From: Chrysochromulina tobinii
Taxonomy: Eukaryota
NCBI GenBank assembly: GCA_001275005.1
Contig: JWZX01003305.1
Coordinates: 1-57,856 of the forward strand
Direction: 5' to 3'
DNA length: 57,856 bases
Position 1 is the first letter of the stretch. Each line of letters opens with the position of its first letter. The translations under genes and the position numbers were made by a program. The notes beneath the pieces are model-generated. The model was not told the DNA's origin, ran no database searches, and saw only the letters and a list, made by a program, of their open reading frames with translations. Below are positions 10,801 through 21,496 of this stretch, piece by piece.

Positions 10801-12317
10801 GCGCGCTCTCGGAGGGTTGACGCCTCCGCCTCGGCCGCCTTGGCCGCCGCGCGCGCCTCAGCAGCCGCCGCCTCCGCCGCCTCCGCCGCCTCGCGTGCCG
10901 CCTCAAGCTGCTTCGCGTGCTCGTGAGCACTTTGCTCGAGGCGCTCTTCCAAGTGCTCATCGGCCGCCTGTTCGGCCGCCAGTAGCGTGTGCTCCGCGCT
11001 CGCCACCTCGCGCCCGAGCAGCGCCGTCACCACCGCGCGCGCACTCTCGCCGAGTAAATTCTGCTCCTCTGCCATGGCGGCGCGCTGGGCGCAGTCCTTG
11101 AGCGCCTCCTTCATCGCCGCATATGTGCCTCCACCTAATTCTTCACGCGCTGCCGTAAGCTCCGCGCGAAGCTCGGCAACGTCCTCCTTACTCGTGCGTA
11201 GCTCGTCAAGCGCATGCGCGTGCGCCTCGCGTGTCTCACCGAGCGATGCGGCCGCGCAGCCGAGCTCATTGCGTGCTGCCGCCAACTCATCGGCGAGCTG
11301 CTCGCGCTCGAGCTCCAGCTCGTCGCGACGCTGCTTGAGGGCAAGAGCAGCCTCGGCGATCTTGGCTGCCTCCGCCTGCGCCTTCTCGAGGCGGGCGTGC
11401 GCCTCCTCTAGCTTGGCGTGCGCCTCGTGCGCCTCGGCGCAAGCTCCCTCGACCAGCGCCGCCGCCTCGTCCATCGCGCCGTGCTCGGTGTCTGCAAGCG
11501 CTGTCGTGAGCACCACGAGAGTGCAAGAGGCCTCCGCGGCATGCGCTGCCAACGCCTCCGCCGCGCGCGTGCGCTCGGCCTTGCGCGCCTCGAGCGCGTG
11601 GTTGATCGACGCCTCGAGCCTCACACGTTCAGCGTCCTTCGCCGCCAACGCCACGTCCAGACGGCTCACGTCTGCGGCGAGGACGCCCGCGACGGCGCGC
11701 TCGGCCTGCACGAGTTCAAGCGCTGCGGGCAGCTTGCCCGCCTCCAGGCTCACCTCGACGGGTGTCTTGTCCGCTCCATTGGGCTGTGTGAGCAGCGCCC
11801 GTGCGAGCGTCGCCCCGCCGCGCTCGTTGGCGTCCGCGAGCAGCACGCCGATCGCCTCCAGCGCGCCCGCGCGGGCAGCCTTGTGCAACGCGGCGTTGCC
11901 CGCCTGGTCGGTGGCAGTGGGAGCCGCGCCGAGCTGCAACAGCACACGCGCCGACGCCGCATGGTCCTTGTGCGCCGCCATCTGCAGCGGTGTCACGCCG
12001 TGCACATTGGGAGCGTCGGGGTTGGCGCCCTTGGCGCAGAGCAGCTGGATGCACCCGACGGCGTCGACGGCTGCGGCGGCAAACACGGGCGTTGCGCCGT
12101 TTTCCTTTGCGATCGTTACGTCGGCATCGTGCGTGAGTAGCAACTGCAGCACTGACGTGTGACCGCCAAGGGCCGCCAGCAGCAGCGCAGTCGAGCCGTC
12201 GGCACGCTTAGTGTTGACAGAGGCGCCCGCGCCAATGAGCAGCTGCAAGCGCTCGCTGTCGCCCGCCTCGGCCGCGCCCAGAAGCAGAGTCTCGTCGTTT
12301 ACCTCGGCCGTGGCCAT
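7845..12317 (-). CDS. Large ankyrin + Ala/Glu coiled-coil + PDZ + TPR protein (about 1490 aa, apparently intronless)
   Basis: About six N-terminal ankyrin repeats; long coiled coil; VTLYKATQSQKVGIRF...GDRIISIDGV (PDZ); YDEAEALFREAL...YNNLAATL...EAEALY (kinesin-light-chain-type TPR). Confidence 0.85.
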   Translation of the reverse strand: MATAEVNDETLLLGAAEAGDSERLQLLIGAGASVNTKRADGSTALLLAALGGHTSVLQLLLTHDADVTIAKENGATPVFAAAAVDAVGCIQLLCAKGANPDAPNVHGVTPLQMAAHKDHAASARVLLQLGAAPTATDQAGNAALHKAARAGALEAIGVLLADANERGGATLARALLTQPNGADKTPVEVSLEAGKLPAALELVQAERAVAGVLAADVSRLDVALAAKDAERVRLEASINHALEARKAERTRAAEALAAHAAEASCTLVVLTTALADTEHGAMDEAAALVEGACAEAHEAHAKLEEAHARLEKAQAEAAKIAEAALALKQRRDELELEREQLADELAAARNELGCAAASLGETREAHAHALDELRTSKEDVAELRAELTAAREELGGGTYAAMKEALKDCAQRAAMAEEQNLLGESARAVVTALLGREVASAEHTLLAAEQAADEHLEERLEQSAHEHAKQLEAAREAAEAAEAAAAEARAAAKAAEAEASTLRERAFAAEEAAKLAREQGLAAVGSAEAAMEKAYAAAATSDAANAAAALTAEQMAKLTAELEEASAKAAAGEAAAEEWRQRALAAEAAWQAGAGASDEISSAAAAAAREKGEAADKAKEEAMRWRTEAKAAAESWQQKAIATEAAREEAEAAMAEAKLRVQAAEAAEAEATLRATAAEAAAAEAAAAAAVAETKAEMNAAAEIKAVARASAAEMAAAQFEQRVWAAEAAATQAIKRAEAAEAAAAETALVAKKAAEASAIEAQVAARATAAAVAQEAAVAAADVAAADVAAADVAAAGATIGAAEDVAAQEVAAPAAAAQAAVAARVVAAPSMAVAQLEAQLEFADEARAAAEARAAAAEARAAAAEARAAAAEEAAAKGRATSNRMDDGKGVGFGWDGRGVQAPDGLQLHPIGLFDELEPTYSPDRRTHNALPEASAAAAVAPMRTYGGGGGAYGGSGSAGSMLSETDLAAVAGQVAGEVAGQVAKFGSAVLGPVGKSLVSGAVAGAAATAQTVIQTVEKFEDQISRRDRAADASSGSSLAASPHARADLDLAAQIAARTAELQAYRQSFRKPGASVLDDDEVIRLVAPPPQSPFSGDDASQSPSMPQVPRPQVPKPQVPKPQLTREYKSFEHGRQGPAQPQVPRPQVPKPQVPRPPVSMPHPSPMPHLFSGEAEAGAPGMAEPAEGEEEGEEEGEEEGEEEGERGERLVTLYKATQSQKVGIRFFSEEEARARGVTGLPTKGLRARAIVGAIVEMVVAEGPMADLVARGDRIISIDGVLIETPNQAAEVLRQSEGHVRIGVLPPLHAMDLSERHASLVDQGAAAFERGLRARMEANGPAAAPAPSAEPPAGGSFWAMDRGTTSIEGAYEDAYKRGMAAYKAQSYDEAEALFREALQLKQSLDPGDPQLGVVYNNLAATLEKRGLPREAEALYLTAIAICERRLPPNHPRIEHIRKKLAELRTTLCAFPGLAPPPAAPRGAFDDFVSE

Positions 12318-12463
12318 TTTTGGTTTCTGCACACGCACGCACGCGCGCGCCCGCCTGACACTCGCGCGCCCCGCCGCCGCCGCGCCGCGCTCGGGACGAA
12401 GCGAAACTTTTCAATCAAAATCGAGATGAGACTGGAGGATCGAGGCGAGGTACAACAAGAGAT

Positions 12464-13879
12464 TTGAAGAGAAACATCAAAGGTGGCTCGGAAACGTTTG
12501 ATTGGACCTCATCAAAATTTCCCCGCGCCGCGGATAAGCACAGAGCGTGGTGCAACATGGAACACACATTTCCGTCGGCCACGGCACCTCTTGCAATAGT
12601 GCAGTGGACGCATACGCTAGTGATGAAGCCCATGCTGCTGCTTGCCCGCGAGCAGATTTTGCGTTCGTCGTTTGCGGAGCACCACGTCGTTTTGTCCTCG
12701 TGTGGCGACTCGGAACCATGTTCGACCCTGCTGCAGAAGGCCTGGCCGCTTGTTGACAACGTGACATGCACCAACGCAACCGATGTGGTGAATGCGTTGC
12801 CAGCATTTACGGAACTTCGATCCGTATTCAATCATAATTATGGTGGAGCGCCCGGGACGTTCAATCAGACTGGTTGGTGCCAACCGAACGAGAACCAAAA
12901 GAGGACTGGTTGCAAAACGCACCCGCTGGAAATTGGGGAGCGAGGATGGTGTTGGCACAGCTGTGACGCGCCGTATCTTCTCTGGTATCATCTTCTCGGC
13001 CGAACGCTTCACCATGTCCATTTCTTCTGGTTCCTGGAGTGGGATGTCGTGTGGACGGGCGACGTGACAACTGTCTTGTCAGCGTGGAGTGCCCTGCACG
13101 AACCCTTTCACATAGATAGGTCGAACCCGGTGGACGTAGCCAACCCCTCCAGACGTGTCCCTCCTGGTAGCGGCGATGACGTCTACGACGGCCGCCGGCT
13201 CTTTAACCATGATTTGCTCTGTCCCAACCCAAGTTGGGCTGTGCGCGCCTGGATTCATCGGAAAAAGCGCAACGTGTCGATCGTCAATCACACCTTTGTG
13301 CATCGCTGTGTTACAGAAGTCTATCGACTCACGCATCGCCTGCTCGGTGCCATGCTCGAGATGATGCAGCAGCCGCAGGCGGCTATGTTCTGCGAGATGC
13401 GTGCGAGTTCTGTCTGTGCCATGAACTCCTGGTGCACCATGAGATCGCTCTTTGATCGCGACCGCCTGCACCTGTTCTACACCGCAAAGCGACACCGCCA
13501 AGGACTGGTTGCAGATCTGGGCGCATCGGCCACAGCTCCGTCGGCCGCGGAGATAGCTTGGGCGCGAACTCGATGGGTAAACTCGTACAAGAACGACGGC
13601 GGCGTGCCAGATGCAGCACTGCAAAGGCTCGACCGCCCGATGCTCTACCACGCATACAAATGGACGGCCAACCGGTCGGCTTCGCTTCAAGTGCCGTCAT
13701 TTGCCCATCGGCTGCACCAGGTGACGACGCCTTTTGAGGAAGCTCTCCAGCAAGACCTCCGGTCGCCAAGTGTCTCATCGTCACAAACCATAAACACACG
13801 CCTTTCGGCAATGGGCACGTGGCGAGGGAGGGGACCCAAGCATAACAGAGCGAAGTTCACAACTTCTACTAGCTTGTAG
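12464..13879 (+). CDS. Uncharacterised protein, DUF3405-like putative glycosyltransferase; start uncertain (first ATG 12557)
   Basis: 471-codon ORF with HFFWFLEWDVVWTGD, FCEMRASSVC and LYHAYK motifs reminiscent of DUF3405. Confidence 0.5.
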   Translation: MKRNIKGGSETFDWTSSKFPRAADKHRAWCNMEHTFPSATAPLAIVQWTHTLVMKPMLLLAREQILRSSFAEHHVVLSSCGDSEPCSTLLQKAWPLVDNVTCTNATDVVNALPAFTELRSVFNHNYGGAPGTFNQTGWCQPNENQKRTGCKTHPLEIGERGWCWHSCDAPYLLWYHLLGRTLHHVHFFWFLEWDVVWTGDVTTVLSAWSALHEPFHIDRSNPVDVANPSRRVPPGSGDDVYDGRRLFNHDLLCPNPSWAVRAWIHRKKRNVSIVNHTFVHRCVTEVYRLTHRLLGAMLEMMQQPQAAMFCEMRASSVCAMNSWCTMRSLFDRDRLHLFYTAKRHRQGLVADLGASATAPSAAEIAWARTRWVNSYKNDGGVPDAALQRLDRPMLYHAYKWTANRSASLQVPSFAHRLHQVTTPFEEALQQDLRSPSVSSSQTINTRLSAMGTWRGRGPKHNRAKFTTSTSL

Positions 13880-14552
13880 CGTGTTTGACCCACGCTGATT
13901 ACTGTGTTGCGTGTAGGAGAGATACTAATGTCGGTTACTGTAAGGCGCGTAAGGCTGGGGTAACGCGGATTTTTACCGGGTCCGAGCTTCAGCTTGTCCT
14001 CGCGTCGCACGCGCCTCATCTGAGACGAGCAGCCTCGGCGTCCGTGAGGTCGACAGTGTTTCAAGCCCAGCATCTAGCATGCAGCGTTCCCGTGTTCGGA
14101 CTTCGGTTCGTGACAACACTAGTCTAGGTTCAAGTTAAATAGTTATCACTTACGACTTAGTCCGACTAGTAATTGATCGAATTTCACGGTACGGGTGTGG
14201 GCTGTGACCACTGACCTGTGTACCTGTACGGCAACCGCGCACGCGCGATTAACGCATCGTACACCTCGCGATGATTCGATTTCGAGCACGATATTGATTC
14301 GATGCGAGCGCATCGTAGACCATGTGATTCGTAAAACGTCACGTTAGCGATTAGGAACTTTTACAGATGATAACACGCGGAATTACGCGACCCGTGGCTT
14401 TGCTGTGCTGTAACGGAGCACGCGTTACTGACCAACACAAAGTCGACCCGAAGCGCACAGTGCACTGATCGTGTCCCGCTCACCACCATTCGGACGTGGC
14501 TTCTCTCGCTTCTTTCCAATTTTCCAGAGTGCGGCAGAAGCTGCGAGGATTC

Positions 14553-16643
14553 CTACTCACTGTCGTCTCCGAGGCTGAGGCTCGGGTTGATCAGATGCCG
14601 GTTCTTGAGGAAGCCAAAGCCCTCGAGCGCCTCGAGCGCTGCCGCCGAGACGGCGGCCGCATCTGACGCGGCGACTGAGAGCACTGCCGCTGCCTCGCCC
14701 CAGTTTGGCACGCCGAGCCTGGCTCGCCACGTCGCCGTATCTTCCTGCTGCTCAGACAGGATGCGACACGAGACGTCGTCGCCCGAGTCGCACATGGCCG
14801 TGAGCTCGGCCATGCCCGCCGCCTCGGACGCCGCCTCGGATAGCGCCATGGCCGCCCTGCACCACATCGACACGTCGAGCGACTGAAGCCATTCCGTTCG
14901 CTCCACCTGCGCGACCACTTGGGCGTCCAGCTTCGACGCCACCGAAGACACCGCCGAGATCTCCTCCGAGATCAAGAGGGCGGAGGAGCGTGCCAGGACC
15001 GCCGCCTCGGACATGGCCGAGAGCACCTCCTTCTCGCCCAGGGGATCGAAGTTGCGCCCCGCTAGCAGCTCGAGCCAGTACGGCGTCGTGCTCGCCATCG
15101 TGCTGGGTGTTGCCGTCGCTTGCAAGGGCTGCGACGAAGAGTCATCAATCGAAGCATTCGACTCGGGATGCTCAGCCGCCGCCGCCCGCTCCTGCGCTGC
15201 GCCCTCCTCAGCCGCCGCCCTCTCCTCAGCTGCCCTGGCCCGCTCCTCTGCCGCCTCGACCTGCATTTGGAGCGATGCAGCCGCCGCCGCCCGCTCCGCT
15301 GCCACCGCGCGCGCCTGTGCCGCCGCCATCTGTTCCTTTTGGAGCTCCTTTTGGATGAGAGACATCTGCTCCTTTTGAGCTCGGATTTGGGACATCTGCT
15401 CATTGTGGAGCACCTTGGTCACCGCGCGAGCCTCCTCCGCCGCGCGCACCTCGGCCGCGTTACGGGCCTTGTCCACCAACGCCTGTTGCCGATGCAACTG
15501 AACCGTCGCCGCGGACACCTCGGCTGTCGCGCGCGCCTGCGCCGCGGCCACTTGTTCCTTCAGGGACGCAGCGGCTGCCGCGCGCACCGCGGCAATCGCA
15601 CTCGCCTGCGCAGCCGCAACCTGCTTTTGGAGCAGCGCGCTGTGCTGAGCCGCCGCAACCTGCTTCTGAGAGAGCGTGCTGTATTGACCAGCGTTCGGGC
15701 CTGCCATCGGCGCCGAGATGAGCGCCGGGAGCCCTGATGAGTACTGCGCTGGCAACGCGCCGGCGTTTGTACGCGCGTAAGTCTGCGGCACGCCGCTCGC
15801 AGCGACGCGAGAGGCGAGGCCATGTGGAGCGGTGCCGGAGCCCCCCGTTGGTGCTGGGCGCGCCGGCGAGTACTGCGCTGCCGCACCGGTGTTTGCACGA
15901 GCGAAACTCTGCGGAATGCCGCTCGCAGTCACGCGAGAGGCGAGGCCGAGTCCAGAGCCTGCTGGCGGCGGGGTCTGAGCCGCCGCGCCGCCGTAAGCAG
16001 CGAGAGCCTGCTGCTGAGGAGCGGCAGCCGAGCGCCGTGCTGGCGCAGGGCGTGCTGGCGCAGGGCGTGCTGGCGCTGGGTACCGTGTTGGCGCTTGTGA
16101 AGCAGTGGGAGGCCACGCTCCGGCCGCCGGATTGGATCCCACTCTCTGTGGTGCGCTCGCGGAGACCCGAGATGCAAGACCGAGCTCGGCGCCTGCTGGC
16201 ATGCCGGCGCCAGGGTGCCGTGTCGTTGGCGGCGGAAGGTTGCGGAGAAGCGCCGGTCCCATCCACTGCTGCGGACGACTCGGCGGGTATGCCGGACCCT
16301 TCCATTGTTGCGGAGTCGGCACGGGCTGGTATGCCGGCCCCTTCCATTGCTGTGGACCCATCCAGTTCTGCTGCCAGTTCTGCTGGTGCTGGTATGGCGC
16401 ATTCCGAGTCTCGCCCGAGAGCTGACCCTTGCGCAAGGCAGGTTCAGGAGGCTGCATCGGCCGGCGCTTAGTGGCCGGCCATTCGTTGAACTGTGCCGCC
16501 AGCCGTGCCTCACGTCGAGAGTCCGCGCTTCCAAAAAGCGGGTGCGCAGTCGACACCGCCCGTACGCCTGCACCTGGGGCCAATGGTGGTTGCCGAGCCC
16601 CGCCGCGGAGTGCCAAGCAAGCGCCAAGGACGAGGAATGCCAT
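14553..16643 (-). CDS. Signal-peptide-bearing Pro/Ala/Gln-rich coiled-coil protein
   Basis: MAFLVLGACLAL leader; internal repeats (QQWKGPAY; GLASRVxAS x3); coiled coil; C-terminal W-x3-L-x-V-x2-W repeats. Confidence 0.6.
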   Translation of the reverse strand: MAFLVLGACLALRGGARQPPLAPGAGVRAVSTAHPLFGSADSRREARLAAQFNEWPATKRRPMQPPEPALRKGQLSGETRNAPYQHQQNWQQNWMGPQQWKGPAYQPVPTPQQWKGPAYPPSRPQQWMGPALLRNLPPPTTRHPGAGMPAGAELGLASRVSASAPQRVGSNPAAGAWPPTASQAPTRYPAPARPAPARPAPARRSAAAPQQQALAAYGGAAAQTPPPAGSGLGLASRVTASGIPQSFARANTGAAAQYSPARPAPTGGSGTAPHGLASRVAASGVPQTYARTNAGALPAQYSSGLPALISAPMAGPNAGQYSTLSQKQVAAAQHSALLQKQVAAAQASAIAAVRAAAAASLKEQVAAAQARATAEVSAATVQLHRQQALVDKARNAAEVRAAEEARAVTKVLHNEQMSQIRAQKEQMSLIQKELQKEQMAAAQARAVAAERAAAAASLQMQVEAAEERARAAEERAAAEEGAAQERAAAAEHPESNASIDDSSSQPLQATATPSTMASTTPYWLELLAGRNFDPLGEKEVLSAMSEAAVLARSSALLISEEISAVSSVASKLDAQVVAQVERTEWLQSLDVSMWCRAAMALSEAASEAAGMAELTAMCDSGDDVSCRILSEQQEDTATWRARLGVPNWGEAAAVLSVAASDAAAVSAAALEALEGFGFLKNRHLINPSLSLGDDSE

Positions 16644-17137
16644 GAACGGGGGAAGAAAAGGAAGGACGGACCTCGGTTCGGCAAAAAAGCTTCGCTCACA
16701 AACTTCGATTCTTCTAGAAGAGCTCACGCACGGAGCTGGTACCAGCTCGCGTTCACGTTCTCGTTCACGTAACTTTGCCTTCACAGCGAAGTCGAGCATG
16801 AGTCTCATGTCTGTATCTCCATGGTCTCCAACTCCATGGTCTGTCTCTCTGTCGATTCTTAAGGTTAGTCCGCTTGAGAAAGTTGAGCGGGACAGGGTGG
16901 CCACAGCGGTTCCGGTTGTCGCCTGGATACTTATGGAATCTGTACACTTTCTTGTATTGAAAACCCCCATATCATGTGGGATACCGTGTGCAATGTACAA
17001 GCGGCCTGGTGCGGGGCCACTGCAACCATCTGGGCCAGTGCGGGGGCGCGCGCGTGCGCCGCCCCGCCTCTCTCTCTCATGCGACACCCCATCGCGCATC
17101 GCCTCCACCCCAGAGCCGCCGCGCATTCCCCAGCCGC

Positions 17138-18637
17138 TCACGCGGGCCGCGATGGCGGCTCCACGCTGCTCGGGCGTAACCGATCGAGGTAGGTGACGCG
17201 TTCCAAGGCGCGCCCGATGCCCTGGCTCGCTGCGACCTCGACACCCATGAGCACCTTCTCTGCCAGCGAGAGGCCCTCGACGCGCGTTTCGGCGAGAGGG
17301 CCCGGGAAATCGAAGAGGAACTCAAATTGGAGCGGGAAGGCCGCCGCCTGCAGGAAGCCTTGCCCCATGCGCGTCAGGATCGACTTGGGCTTGATGTTCT
17401 GAACACGCGGAGGCCATGCCGACACGAGCTTGAACGGGTGGTTGTACTGAAACAGGATCGCCGAGCTCGCGCGTGACATACCCTGCACAGCCGCTGCACG
17501 CACAACGCGGTTCTGGTTGTACCGCTTGAGAGCGAGCGGGATGGCGCTCGGCTGGTTGTCGACTCGCCCCAGCTCCCGCCCGAGGACGTACGCGTCTTCG
17601 ATCGCCATGCAGCCGCCCTGCCCGAGGTTGGGCATCATAGGATGCGCAGCGTCGCCGAGCAGGCACACGCGGTTCATCGCCCACGTCAGCTGCGGCGGCT
17701 GGTCGTACAAGTCGCGCTGCTCAACTTCGGCAAAGGGCGTTTCGTCAATGAGTTGGAAGACCTCCTCGGACCATCCCTCGAATTCGGTGCGAAGGAAGTC
17801 GAGCGCGCCTTCGCCCTTGCGGGCCGTTTCGGGCACGCCACCCGGAGGGATGTTCAGGAAGGCGTACCACTGAATGCGCCCGCCGCCCACGTCGACGCTC
17901 ACAAAGTACTTGCGACGCCCAAGAAAGACCTTGTATCCCACCTCAGCGATGTCGTGCGGCACGCAGTACGCGATGGCGGCGAAGCACGTGTAGCCTGACC
18001 ACGAGGGTGGCCCCTCATCCGGGTCGAATACCGAGCGTATCTTGGACTTGGTCCCATCGCTGCCGATGAGAAAGTCCGACTCGTGGCGCCGGCCATCGGA
18101 CAGCAGCGTAGTCACCGAGCCGTGCGGGCGCGAAGAGCCCTCGTCGCCCTCGTGCTGCTCGCAACCGACCACCTCGACTCCCGTGGTCACGCAGTCGGCC
18201 ACGCGCTTCAGCAGCAGCTCCTGCAGCACCGGCCGATCGATGACCACCGAAGGGTGCTGGCCGCGCTTCTCGGCGGGGCTCTTCAGGTCGAATGTGGCAA
18301 ACCATTCGTTAGACTTACCGTCCTTGAGCCCATTCTTTCGATCGCCGATGCAAGTGGCCGCCGCCAGAATATCTTTGAGCAAAACTGGGTCGATACGACC
18401 CACCGCGTCTAGCCCATTGGAGGCGATCTGAATAGGCCCACCAAATGGGCGATACTCACTCGTTCGCTCAAAGACCGCGACGTCAAAACCTTGCCTGCGG
18501 AGCGTGACGGCGGTGAACAGGCCGCCAATGCCACCGCCGGCGATGCAAACGGACGGCCTGACGGCGGTAGTTGCCGACGGAACTAATGCTGGTGTAGCCA
18601 CCAGCATGGCGAGTGCGGCCCCAGCGGCGGAGAGCAT
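17138..18637 (-). CDS. ZEP: Zeaxanthin epoxidase (FAD monooxygenase), plastid-targeted
   Basis: IAGGGIGGL; GGPIQIASNGL; GDRKNGLKDG..EWFATFD; WSGYTCF; GYKVFLG; LLGDAAHPMMPNLGQGGCMAIEDA; N-terminal signal peptide. Confidence 0.9.
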   Translation of the reverse strand: MLSAAGAALAMLVATPALVPSATTAVRPSVCIAGGGIGGLFTAVTLRRQGFDVAVFERTSEYRPFGGPIQIASNGLDAVGRIDPVLLKDILAAATCIGDRKNGLKDGKSNEWFATFDLKSPAEKRGQHPSVVIDRPVLQELLLKRVADCVTTGVEVVGCEQHEGDEGSSRPHGSVTTLLSDGRRHESDFLIGSDGTKSKIRSVFDPDEGPPSWSGYTCFAAIAYCVPHDIAEVGYKVFLGRRKYFVSVDVGGGRIQWYAFLNIPPGGVPETARKGEGALDFLRTEFEGWSEEVFQLIDETPFAEVEQRDLYDQPPQLTWAMNRVCLLGDAAHPMMPNLGQGGCMAIEDAYVLGRELGRVDNQPSAIPLALKRYNQNRVVRAAAVQGMSRASSAILFQYNHPFKLVSAWPPRVQNIKPKSILTRMGQGFLQAAAFPLQFEFLFDFPGPLAETRVEGLSLAEKVLMGVEVAASQGIGRALERVTYLDRLRPSSVEPPSRPA

Positions 18638-18904
18638 CTTGGTGTCCTATGGACGCCTTCTCGGTCACGCAGGGAGCAGAGAATGTCGGTGATGTCAATC
18701 TCGAATCTCGAATCCGAATGAAACCCAAAATAATTGAAAGCTGTCACCCACCCTTTGCAGTACATGTAAGATGGGAGTGCTTTCGTCCCGTGGCCAAGCA
18801 TGGCGAGCGAAGATCCTCCACAGTTCATGTGAATACGGCGCTCAGAACTCGATTGCTCAAACTCTGCTCGAACCGATCTGCACGCAAGCGCTGCGCCGTC
18901 CACA

Positions 18905-21496
18905 ATGTTTTCCAGTGAGGGCGACGACTTCGACGACGATCAGGACGCTCCATCGGCGCAAGCTTCAACTGGCCCCGGCTTTCGCGGCCGCCAGTTGAGG
19001 GTCAAGGCCACCGCGGGCGAGACGGCAGTGCCTCCCCCGCTGCCACTAAGGTCCAATGGCCTCGTGCCGATGCCACCGCCTGCGCCTGTGCCGCCAACTG
19101 CGGCCGGGGCGCCGACCGATCGGTACGCCTCGAGGCTCACGCGGGCACGCAGCGCCAACCGCCTCGCTCTCGCGAAGACGTGCGAGTTGGCTCCCGTTGC
19201 TTCGGCCCCCGCTGCTGCGGCTGCAGCTGGTTCGACGGGCAGCACCAGCGACGATGCGAGCTCCGCGCCGTCGATGAACCGTACGCTCTGGCGCCCACCG
19301 CAAAGGACGCCGATGAATGTGCGCGCCGGGACGAGCCCCACCCCCCCCGCTCCGATTCGGTCAGCCCGTGCCTGACTCGCGTGCGTGTGGTGCGTGCGCG
19401 CGCATTCGTTCCGCGCTCTGCCGACGCAGGTGGCGGACGCCATGGAGGCGGAGATCGAGCGCGCCGACTGCCGCGATATGGTGCGCGACATCACATTTGC
19501 GTCGCTGCCCACGCGCAAGACGTTCATTGGCCGCGGCGTGCCTAACGTAACTGTGGGGAATGAAGCTCCATCGAGCTACGAGCGTGCGCCGACAGGCTCG
19601 TCGCTCGGCGGAGGGGTGACTGAGGAGGATGAGGATGGCACGAGCAGCAAGGAGGCGTCGCCGGTGCGCGCGATGCAAGCGGGCGCGCGCCGCAAGTCGC
19701 CGCCTGCGGAGCTCACCACAACGCGACCGCCTGCGGAGCTCATCGAGGTCAAGGCAGCGCGCAGTCCCGCCTTGACTGCAGCGAGTGACTCAGTGCGAGC
19801 GGGGCGCGAAGAACGTGTGGTTGATGAGGAGACGCATGAGGCGCTGCGGCTGGCGATGCAGGCGGCGATCGCGGCGGACCGTGCAGACATGCTCGCCGAG
19901 CTCCTCAGCGGCAGCGAGGACGAGCCGCCAGCTGACCCGAACGGCTATCTCCGCACCGGCAAGACCTTTCTCTCCCTTGCATCGGCAGGGGGCAAGGTGC
20001 GCGCAGCCACGGTGCTTCTCGCACACGGAGCGGACCCGAATCGGATGGACGCGAATGGCGACCACCCTCTCCACCTGGCGAGCGCGCGCGACAAGACCGA
20101 AATCGTGCGCGTCCTCCTCGAAGCGGGTGCCGAGCCGGAGATCATCGACGGTAACGGCGAGACGCCTTTTCAGCTGGCGACCTCGGACGCGATGCGCAAG
20201 CTGCTGCAGGGGAGCGCGGCAGGCGCTCGCTACGGCGCCGGCGCAAGCGTCGGCGCTGGACGCGGCGGCAAGCGGGGTTCGGGAGCTGTGCACGTTCACA
20301 GCTCAGAGCTCTTCACGAAGTCGCGCGAAAGCGAGGGCGACGAGGACGAGGGCGAGGAGGACGAGGGCGAGGAAGACGACGAGCGTGCGACCGGCATCCT
20401 CACGAACGCTGATGGCAACGTGGCCGCCTCTGGCAAGGGAGGGGCGCCCACCAAGGGTGGATCGCGCGGCGGCGGCAGCGGCGGCGCGAACGGCGGCGGA
20501 ACGGCGACCGCGACGGCGGCTCATTATGACGGCGGCCCGCCCCCAACGCCCGCGCATGCGCTCGGTGACGCGGCCGTCTTGCCGACTAAGATGCTGCGGC
20601 CTACGCTACTCTCACAGCTGCAGGCGCTGCTGCACACGCGCGAGACGGACATTAAGCGGCTGCTCGTGCTGCCGCATGGGCTGCCGCATGAGGTGCAGCT
20701 CGACGCGCTGCGCGTGGGCAAGAGCAACAACTACCGCTGCTACCTGCGCCTCGGCAGCCGCTCCGACCGGCGCATCTGCATCTTCGAGGCGAGCCGCACG
20801 CGTAAGGGCTCGCTCAAGAACTCGCAGTATGTGATCAAGCTGCCCCGCGACGACCCTCGCCTCGTCGACGTTGAGGAGAATCTCGGCTACCTGCCCGAAG
20901 ACCTTTTTTATTGCGGGAAGGTGCGCTCGTACAACCTGAGCGGCGCCAACTTTGTGGCGTACGATGATGGCGTCAAGGTGGAGACGCCCGACGAGAAGCC
21001 ACCGCCAGGCAAGCGGCTGCGGCGCCAAATGGTCGCGATGTGTTTCAACAAGTCTTCGTCGCGGCGCGTTCCCATGACGATGCGCGTGCTCGTGCCGGCG
21101 GTCGAGGTAGCGGACGCACCGGACCAGCCGAGTGAGCGCGGGGTGCCTTCGCTGCCCCAGACCTGCGTCGAGCTGCTCGAGACGCTGCAGGCTCTGCCCC
21201 AGGGCGCGGAGGAGCAGACCCCCCCCGCGGGCACCCGGCTCCTGAAGTTGGTGCCACCCCGCTGGAATGCGGACGAGCAGATGTTTCAACTCTTTTGCGA
21301 GGGGCGCGCGTGCTGCATGTCGAACAAGAATGTGCAGCTGGCCGACACGCTCGTGCCCAACGAGGCCGTGCTCCAGGTGGGCAAGCTCAACAGCCAGATG
21401 TTCAACGTCGACCTGCAAGGGTGCCTCTCGCCCTTCCAAGCTTTCTGCTCCGCGCTCGCCGTCTTCGACCAGAGTTCCGTCAGGCGGCGTTTCTAG
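18905..21496 (+). CDS. Ankyrin-repeat + Tubby-domain protein; exons 18905-19318 and 19430-21496
   Basis: Ankyrin motifs (GKTFLSLAS, GDHPLHLAS, GETPFQLA); Tubby C-terminus PPRWN...SNKNVQL...LQVGKL...FNVD...LSPFQAFCSALAVFD; phase-0 GT-AG intron. Confidence 0.85.

Noticed and set aside
14110..14520. Lower-GC, CpG-rich intergenic stretch with recurring TGATTCG/GCATCGTA words
   Set aside because: No terminal inverted repeats, TSD, tRNA fold or ORF found by eye; may be ordinary 3' intergenic DNA.
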